NCBI GenBank assembly: GCA_023231065.1
Contig: JALNWE010000007.1
Coordinates: 5,842-69,841 of the forward strand
DNA: 64,000 nt
DNA from: Bacteroidales bacterium
Lineage (GTDB): Bacteria > Bacteroidota > Bacteroidia > Bacteroidales > FEN-979
Reading direction: 5' to 3'
Shown: piece by piece, positions 55,479 to 61,639 of the stretch
Numbering within the stretch: the stretch's first letter is position 1
Layout of the letters: each line of letters starts with the position of its first letter
The notes under the pieces: generated by a model
The model's database searches: none
Seen by the model: the letters and a program-made list of their open reading frames with translations, nothing else
Told to the model about the DNA's origin: nothing
Translations under genes and position numbers: made by a program

Positions 55479-56840
55479 TTACCTGCCATCGGGATGATGG
55501 TTGATTTCTGGCCTGTTTAGCCACTTAGGCCTTAACAAACCGCGGATATCCCTGAAAAAATAAAAATCACTTTTCCTGAAAGTTAAAATTTTCAAAAGTG
55601 GCATTTTGACCTGGCGGGCATATATGATAATGAAAAATACCGAACCAACGGCATAGCTGACGTTGGTAGCCCATGCTGCGCCGATACCCCCGTATAAAGG
55701 GATCAGGAAGAGATTGAGGATAAAATTAATGACCAGGGCGGGAACGAAAGTAAAAATGGCGATCTGGGGTTTTCCCATTCCTGTCAGGCGGCTGTTGAGG
55801 ATGCGAAATCCCACCAGGATCAGGATACCGGGAAGTACAACCTGGATCATTGGGACACTAGCGACAAATTCTTCACCAAAGATCCAGGGGACGAGGTAAG
55901 GGGAAACAAAGAAAATAAGGATACTCAGCGCAAATCCAATCAGCAGGGAAACCCTGAACATGGACGCCACGGTTTTATGTACAAAGACATCGTCCTTTGA
56001 ATTGGCGCTGCGACTGAGCACAACATTCTCAACGGCATAGGGGATATACCATAATTGTTCGGCAATCTGCATGGCCAACGAATAAAAGCCAACTTCTTCA
56101 AGGGAGGAGAGTTTATTCAGCATCAGAATATCGAGCCGGTAATTAAGTTGCATGACAAAAATAGCTATCGCGTTGACCAGTCCGAGCTTGATCATGCTTT
56201 TGATAATCCGTTCATGGTATTTCCAGGTGATGGAAAAGTGATACCCAAACATGATGCTGCGATAAGAATACAGGAACATGATGAGATTTGCCACGAGAAG
56301 GGCTAAAAATGCGCCTAATACAGATAATTTTATAGCCCACACGAAGACGATGGTCAGCAACAAAGTTAGCAAGGTGGGGCCCGCGTTCAAAAGACTGGCT
56401 CTCCGGATATCCTCTTTGCCTAAAAATATACCCCCGGCGAAAATATTCGACAACAACAAGGGAATAGTCAGTAAGACAAAGACGATGATGAGGGGATCAA
56501 AAGGCTGGGTTTCAGAGAAAAAATAGACAAACCCGCAGATGATAATGCTCAGGGCGCTGGTCCATAAAAGTAAAATAAAAAGGGCAGAAACAATATTTTC
56601 CTCCGGGATGATCTTATTTCCTATATGAAAAATGGCGCTGCGCCTGATTCCCAGCTGGGTGAACCCGATAACGATGATGGGTACCACAATGATGGATGAA
56701 TAAAGGCCAAATCCGTTAGCGCCAAGCAGCCTCGACAAAATGATGCCGATTATCAGGTTGCAGACGGTTACTGTTACGTTGCTTCCAAAAAAACTGAGAA
56801 TATCCTGAAAATATGATCGTTTGGGCGTCAGTGTTTCCAT
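55479..56840 (-). CDS. Oligosaccharide/polysaccharide flippase (Wzx/MOP family)
   Basis: 453 aa, 12-14 TM. Pattern typical of polysaccharide biosynthesis protein / flippase. Overlaps the upstream gene end by 13 nt. Confidence 0.75.
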   Translation of the reverse strand: METLTPKRSYFQDILSFFGSNVTVTVCNLIIGIILSRLLGANGFGLYSSIIVVPIIVIGFTQLGIRRSAIFHIGNKIIPEENIVSALFILLLWTSALSIIICGFVYFFSETQPFDPLIIVFVLLTIPLLLSNIFAGGIFLGKEDIRRASLLNAGPTLLTLLLTIVFVWAIKLSVLGAFLALLVANLIMFLYSYRSIMFGYHFSITWKYHERIIKSMIKLGLVNAIAIFVMQLNYRLDILMLNKLSSLEEVGFYSLAMQIAEQLWYIPYAVENVVLSRSANSKDDVFVHKTVASMFRVSLLIGFALSILIFFVSPYLVPWIFGEEFVASVPMIQVVLPGILILVGFRILNSRLTGMGKPQIAIFTFVPALVINFILNLFLIPLYGGIGAAWATNVSYAVGSVFFIIIYARQVKMPLLKILTFRKSDFYFFRDIRGLLRPKWLNRPEINHHPDGR

Positions 56841-57865
56841 TCAGGAAGATGATCAGGATGAATAATTCCTTTTTCAGTGATGATCCCGGTGATATATTTT
56901 GACGGGGTGACATCAAAGGAAGGGTTATAGGCAGGTGAACCCGGGGAGCAAACCAAAACGCGTTCCAGAATTCCTTTTTCGGAAAGGCCTTCCATATATA
57001 ATACTTCATCCCCGCTTCTTTCCTCAATGGGAATTTCTTTTCCAGTGTTACATTTCAGGTCAAAGGTTGAAGTTGGCGCAGCTACATAAAAAGGAACATT
57101 AAATTCGCGGGCAATGATCGCTTTTTCGAGGGTGCCTATTTTATTGGCAACATCACCGTTGGCAGCGATGCGGTCAGCGCCTACGATCATCAGGTCCACT
57201 TTGCCCTGGGCCATCAGCCAGGCGGTGGCATTATCGGGAATGATCACATGCGGGATCCCGGCATGATAGAGTTCCCAGGCTGTCAGCCTGGCGCCCTGCG
57301 ACCGGGGCCGGGTTTCGTCGGCATAAACGAAAACATTTTTTCCTTGTTCCTGTGCCTTGTAAATGGGGGATAAAGCCGTTCCGTAATCCACAAAAGCAAG
57401 CCATCCGGCATTGCAATGGGTCGCGATCTTAAATCCATCTTTGATCAGGGAATTTCCATACTCCCCGATTTTTTGTGAATCTAAAGCATCGTTGTCGGCC
57501 AGGCGCTGAGCTTCCCTCACCGCTTCCTGCCTGGACCCGAGGGCAGCCGTGAATACTTTTTCCGCGGCATAAAACAAATTTCTCGCTGTCGGGCGGGTCG
57601 ATTCTATCTCCTTTCTGGCATGGGAAATAAATTCATGATAACCCTGATCCGGCGCCTGTATGGCGGCGAGGGCCATGGCAAACCCCGCCATCGCCCCGAT
57701 GGCGCCCGCTCCCCGGATACTCATGTCGCGAATGGCTTCACAACATTCCTGATAGGTCCTGGCTTCTGTAATACGGAATGTAAAAGGCAGCAGGTTCTGT
57801 CCGATGAAAAAAACCGAGCCCTCTTCGGACCAGACTGTCCGGTAATGCTGTCCGTTTACTTTCAC
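56828..57865 (-). CDS. mtnA: S-methyl-5-thioribose-1-phosphate isomerase
   Basis: 345 aa. IRGAGAIG, THCNAG, ADETRP..QGARLTAWEL and VGADRIAANGD.ANKIGT are MtnA/eIF2B-like motifs. Confidence 0.9.
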   Translation of the reverse strand: MKVNGQHYRTVWSEEGSVFFIGQNLLPFTFRITEARTYQECCEAIRDMSIRGAGAIGAMAGFAMALAAIQAPDQGYHEFISHARKEIESTRPTARNLFYAAEKVFTAALGSRQEAVREAQRLADNDALDSQKIGEYGNSLIKDGFKIATHCNAGWLAFVDYGTALSPIYKAQEQGKNVFVYADETRPRSQGARLTAWELYHAGIPHVIIPDNATAWLMAQGKVDLMIVGADRIAANGDVANKIGTLEKAIIAREFNVPFYVAAPTSTFDLKCNTGKEIPIEERSGDEVLYMEGLSEKGILERVLVCSPGSPAYNPSFDVTPSKYITGIITEKGIIHPDHLPEWKH

Positions 57866-57871
57866 GATGGA

Positions 57872-58273
57872 TCAGTGTACATAAAGCAGCGTATCTTTAA
57901 TGGATTGAGGGGGCATTTTAATATTGAAACTCCCATAATATGAATACCCGTTCAGATATACATAACAGTTGGCATAATAAATCCTTGGATAGAGCCGGGA
58001 AAAAACCACATGGCCAGCGCCGTCGGTTATGGAACGGCGGACCCATATTTTGTTATTCAGGCTATCATTGCTCAGGGCAAGGTTCAAATATGCCCCGGTC
58101 ATAAAAATCCCGTACTGGGTTTCAACAGTAACTTCCAGGGTGGCAGAGTCTGAGCTTTTATCCTCCCATGGCGGCAAATCTGCCTTTTCTGTGTCAAGTG
58201 TTTTTTTACAGGAAATGGAAAAAGTAAACACAATGACGAAAGAAAAAATCCAGGCTACAATTTTCCGGATCAT
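57872..58273 (-). CDS. Hypothetical lipoprotein
   Basis: 133 aa. Signal plus lipobox (FTFSISC). No recognisable family. Confidence 0.5.
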   Translation of the reverse strand: MIRKIVAWIFSFVIVFTFSISCKKTLDTEKADLPPWEDKSSDSATLEVTVETQYGIFMTGAYLNLALSNDSLNNKIWVRRSITDGAGHVVFSRLYPRIYYANCYVYLNGYSYYGSFNIKMPPQSIKDTLLYVH

Positions 58274-58306
58274 GGTAAATCTGATTTAGAAATGATTATT
58301 TTCTTT

Positions 58307-58900
58307 TCACAGGATTTTAAAGCCCAGACTTATGTTCCAAACGTTGTTGTAAGAATTGAAGGAATAATTCTCAACCGTTTTTATAAGCTCGTTGAGCCCG
58401 AGCTGATACCTTACATCGAAGGTGATTTTCCAGATATCGAGACCGGCTCCCGCCTGGATGGCCCAGTTGACCGAATTCAGGTCGCCGGTGGTTAATGGGG
58501 CAGGATCGGCGCCGCCATCAGCAATGCTTTTATTGACCACGAAAGAAGCCATCGGGCCAGCCATGAGCCTGACGTTTATAAAGTCGCCTTTCAACAGTTT
58601 GAAACCAACAAGGACGGGAACATCAATTGAGCCAATCTTGATGGTTTGCTTCCAGTCCGAAATATTGCTTGTAAAAACCCCACCCTGGGTGGTGTAATAT
58701 ACTTCGGGTTGGAGGAACAGTCTTTTTCCGACACGCACAAAAGCCCCGATCTGAAATCCTGATTTGAAATTTGTCGTAACGGAATCAATGTTGGTTGAAA
58801 GTTTGGCGGCATCATAACCAACTTTAATTCCAAGGGTAAACTGGCCAAAAGTAAATTCAGCGGCAAGGAAAACCAATGTGAACAGCAGTATTTTTTTCAT
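58307..58900 (-). CDS. Outer-membrane beta-barrel protein (porin/PorT-like family)
   Basis: 197 aa. Signal peptide MKKILLFTLVFLAA. Alternating amphipathic strands. Terminal aromatic ...ISLGFKIL. Confidence 0.7.
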   Translation of the reverse strand: MKKILLFTLVFLAAEFTFGQFTLGIKVGYDAAKLSTNIDSVTTNFKSGFQIGAFVRVGKRLFLQPEVYYTTQGGVFTSNISDWKQTIKIGSIDVPVLVGFKLLKGDFINVRLMAGPMASFVVNKSIADGGADPAPLTTGDLNSVNWAIQAGAGLDIWKITFDVRYQLGLNELIKTVENYSFNSYNNVWNISLGFKIL

Positions 58901-58974
58901 GGTGGGGAATTTAGGTTAAAAACAAAATTAGCAAATTGCAAGTAAAAGTAAAACTTTCAATCGTAAATTTAAAA

Positions 58975-60255
58975 TCAGAAATTATATCCGATCCTGTCGA
59001 AACCGGTATAGGGGACCAACGCTTTGGGGATCAGGATCCCTTCCGGGGTCTGGAAATTTTCAAGGAGCGCGGCAACAATCCGGGGAAGGGCCAAAGCGCT
59101 GCCATTGAGGGTATGGGCCAGATGGGTTTTTCCGGTCCCATCTTTGTAACGAAGTTTTAAACGGTTCGACTGGAAAGTTTCAAAATTGGAAATAGAGCTG
59201 ACTTCCAGCCAGCGTCCCTGGGCCGATGACCATACTTCCATGTCATACGTAAGGGCGGAAGTGAAACTCAGATCCCCGCCGCACAGTTTCAGCACCCGGA
59301 AGGGGAGTTCAAGTTTACGAATGAGCCCTGACACATATTCGCGCATCAACTCAAGGATTTCATAAGATTTATCAGGATGGGCGATCTGTACGATCTCTAC
59401 CTTGTCGAATTGATGAAGCCTGTTCAACCCGCGGACATCTTTCCCGTAGGATCCGGCTTCGCGGCGAAAGCAGGCGCTATAAGCTACATTTTTCAACGGG
59501 AGATCCTGGGAACGGAGGATCATATCCCGGTAAATATTGGTCACCGGGACTTCAGCCGTCGGGATCAGGTACAGATCATCAAGCCCGGCATAATACATTT
59601 GTGCGTCTTTGTCCGGAAGTTGTCCGGTGGCATAAGCAGAGGCTGCATTGACTACATAGGGTGGCTGAACTTCATGATAACCCGCTTTCAGGGCCTCTTC
59701 CAAAAAGAAGTTGATCAACGCCCGCTGAAGCCGGGCGCCTTTTCCTTTGTATAAAGGAAAACCGGACCCGGCGATCTTATTTCCCGTATTGAAATCGATC
59801 AGGTCATATTTTATTGCCAGATCCCAATGCGGAACTGCCGTGGCAGCAACCGGTACGATGTCCCCTTCCTGTAAAACAACAAGGTTGTCTTCGGATGTTT
59901 TTCCCGGAGGGACTGAAGCGTGAGGGAGATTAGGGACCCTTACCAGGAGATCATCCAGCTCTTTCTTTACCGATTCGAAAGCAATTTCCAGTTCTTTCGA
60001 CTGTTCCTTAAACCGGGTCGTTTTCTCTTTCAGCAAACCCGCTTCTTCTTTTTTACCCGATTTTAAAAGAATGCCAATTTCCCTGGCTGCCTGGTTGCCC
60101 TGTGCCTGAATGTCGTCAAGCTGTTTCTGGGTCTCGCGCCGCTTATCGTCCAGGTCAACAATATTTTGAATGATCTGTTCTCCCTGAAAATTTTTGATTG
60201 CCAGTCGGTCGATCACTTCCTGCCTGTGTTCGCGGATACAATTTAATTGTAACAT
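58975..60255 (-). CDS. serS: Seryl-tRNA synthetase
   Basis: 426 aa. N-terminal coiled-coil arm and class II motifs (FRREAGS, GSALA..R). Confidence 0.95.
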   Translation of the reverse strand: MLQLNCIREHRQEVIDRLAIKNFQGEQIIQNIVDLDDKRRETQKQLDDIQAQGNQAAREIGILLKSGKKEEAGLLKEKTTRFKEQSKELEIAFESVKKELDDLLVRVPNLPHASVPPGKTSEDNLVVLQEGDIVPVAATAVPHWDLAIKYDLIDFNTGNKIAGSGFPLYKGKGARLQRALINFFLEEALKAGYHEVQPPYVVNAASAYATGQLPDKDAQMYYAGLDDLYLIPTAEVPVTNIYRDMILRSQDLPLKNVAYSACFRREAGSYGKDVRGLNRLHQFDKVEIVQIAHPDKSYEILELMREYVSGLIRKLELPFRVLKLCGGDLSFTSALTYDMEVWSSAQGRWLEVSSISNFETFQSNRLKLRYKDGTGKTHLAHTLNGSALALPRIVAALLENFQTPEGILIPKALVPYTGFDRIGYNF

Positions 60256-60275
60256 ATAACGGGTTGTTTTGGAGG

Positions 60276-60283
60276 CAAAGATA
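60276..60283 (-). promoter_or_regulatory. -7 promoter box TATCTTTG (serS)
   Basis: Minus-strand match, 20 nt upstream of ATG 60255 and downstream of the rpmA terminator. Confidence 0.5.
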
Positions 60284-60296
60284 AATGATTTACGAT

Positions 60297-60330
60297 AAAA
60301 AAAATCGGCATCAGGGTTAGCTGTGCCGAT
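60297..60330 (-). terminator. Rho-independent terminator downstream of rpmA
   Basis: Minus strand reads ATCGGCACAG-CTAACC-CTGATGCCGAT followed by TTTTTTT. This is a 10-bp stem with one bulged A, about 40 nt after the rpmA stop. Confidence 0.6.
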
Positions 60331-60368
60331 TTGTTGAAAGGTTTAAATAAAATAAAACCCTTTGTTAT

Positions 60369-60638
60369 TTAGTTTACCGTTTCTTCAAAGGGTAAAACCG
60401 AAACATAGGAGCGGTCCTCTCTTTTTTTCTTAAACTCCACGATGCCATCGACCAGGGCAAAAAGAGTGTGATCTTTGCCGATCCCGACATTCAATCCCGG
60501 GTTGTGGACAGTACCGCGTTGCCGGACAATGATACTTCCTGATTTGGCAAGTTGTCCTCCATAAATTTTAACCCCTAAACGTTTGCTGTGTGATTCCCGG
60601 CCATTGCTTGAGCTACCTGCCCCTTTTTTGTGTGCCAT
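60369..60638 (-). CDS. rpmA: 50S ribosomal protein L27
   Basis: 89 aa. [23 protein letters not shown] is the canonical L27 N-terminus. Confidence 0.95.
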   Translation of the reverse strand: MAHKKGAGSSSNGRESHSKRLGVKIYGGQLAKSGSIIVRQRGTVHNPGLNVGIGKDHTLFALVDGIVEFKKKREDRSYVSVLPFEETVN

Positions 60639-60649
60639 ATCTCTGAGTT

Positions 60650-60677
60650 ATTTACAATTGACAAATGACAATTTACG
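60650..60677 (-). repeat. Degenerate heptanucleotide array, 4 units (minus-strand reading CGTAAAT TGTCATT TGTCAAT TGTAAAT)
   Basis: Direct reading of the rplU-rpmA intergenic spacer. Confidence 0.75.
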
Positions 60678-60701
60678 ATTTTATTTATAAACCCTTAATT
60701 C

Positions 60702-60729
60702 ATTCAAAATTCCAAATTCCTAATTTTCA
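60702..60729. repeat. AT-rich heptad array (ATTCAAA ATTCCAA ATTCCTA ATTTTCA)
   Basis: Direct reading. Spans the rplU stop codon (60720-60722). Confidence 0.7.
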
Positions 60730-61088
60730 ACGCTTTCTTCCTCTTTTTCTTTAGTTTTCTTTGTTTTTGGAGCGTCTTTCAGGATGATGTTTTCAATCAG
60801 GATTTTACTGAAGTCCTGCCGGTGACCGGATTCTTTTTGAAATCCTTTCCGGCGTTTTTTCTTAAATATCACTACTTTATCACCCCTGACATGATCGAGG
60901 ATCTTACCACTGATTGTACTCCCTTCCACGATCGGTTTCCCAACGGTGATTTTTCCGTCGTTATCAAGCAATAAGACCTGGGTGAATTCGATCGGTGTTC
61001 CAGGTTCACCTTCAAGCCGATGGACAAAGATTTCATCATTTTTTTCAACCTTAAATTGCTGACCGGCTATTTCTACAATTGCGTACAT
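60720..61088 (-). CDS. rplU: 50S ribosomal protein L21 (with Lys/Glu-rich C-terminal tail)
   Basis: Start at the internal ATG 61088 (MYAIVEIAGQQFKV). A TAACTTTG box lies 46 nt upstream. Immediately upstream of rpmA, as in most bacteria. Confidence 0.9.
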   Translation of the reverse strand: MYAIVEIAGQQFKVEKNDEIFVHRLEGEPGTPIEFTQVLLLDNDGKITVGKPIVEGSTISGKILDHVRGDKVVIFKKKRRKGFQKESGHRQDFSKILIENIILKDAPKTKKTKEKEEESVEN

Positions 61089-61133
61089 GTTTAATGATAT
61101 TATAAGAATTGGAGGTTCATAAAATTGGGAGTG

Positions 61134-61141
61134 CAAAGTTA
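61134..61141 (-). promoter_or_regulatory. -7 promoter box TAACTTTG (rplU-rpmA operon)
   Basis: Minus-strand match, 45 nt upstream of ATG 61088. Confidence 0.5.
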
Positions 61142-61575
61142 TAAAATTTTTCTAATTCCCAAGCCTTTACCGGAAAAAACTTTAATATTTTTATTTACCG
61201 CGCAAAAATATTATTTTTACCCCCCGGATCTTTAGGTATACATAGAAAATCCTTACTTTGAAAATGTTAAAGGAAAAGACCTAAAAAACTTTCCTTTAAA
61301 TGAAAATTAATTTTGAGATTTTCATAAAAAGATTATACATTTACTCCGTCAAAATGGTGTTGATTTGTTAATAAAGACATGCAATTAAGCTGATATTTTT
61401 AACTAAATGCTTAATATGCAACTTATTACAATTATATATATAAATCCAAAATAGTATATTTATTCACTTAAAAAAAGGAGGGACCAAACAAAATTCATTA
61501 TCACACACCCAAAACTAAAGATGACAATATGTTACATAAGGTTTCTCTATTGTTACAATTACATATATTCTTTGT

Positions 61576-61583
61576 TATCTTTG
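61576..61583 (+). promoter_or_regulatory. -7 promoter box TATCTTTG (large surface protein gene at 61640)
   Basis: Exact match, 56 nt upstream of ATG 61640, inside a 500-bp AT-rich region. Confidence 0.45.
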
Positions 61584-61639
61584 GTCTTTATATTTTTATT
61601 TTTTTTAATTCACCCAATTACTAACTAAATTCATTATTT

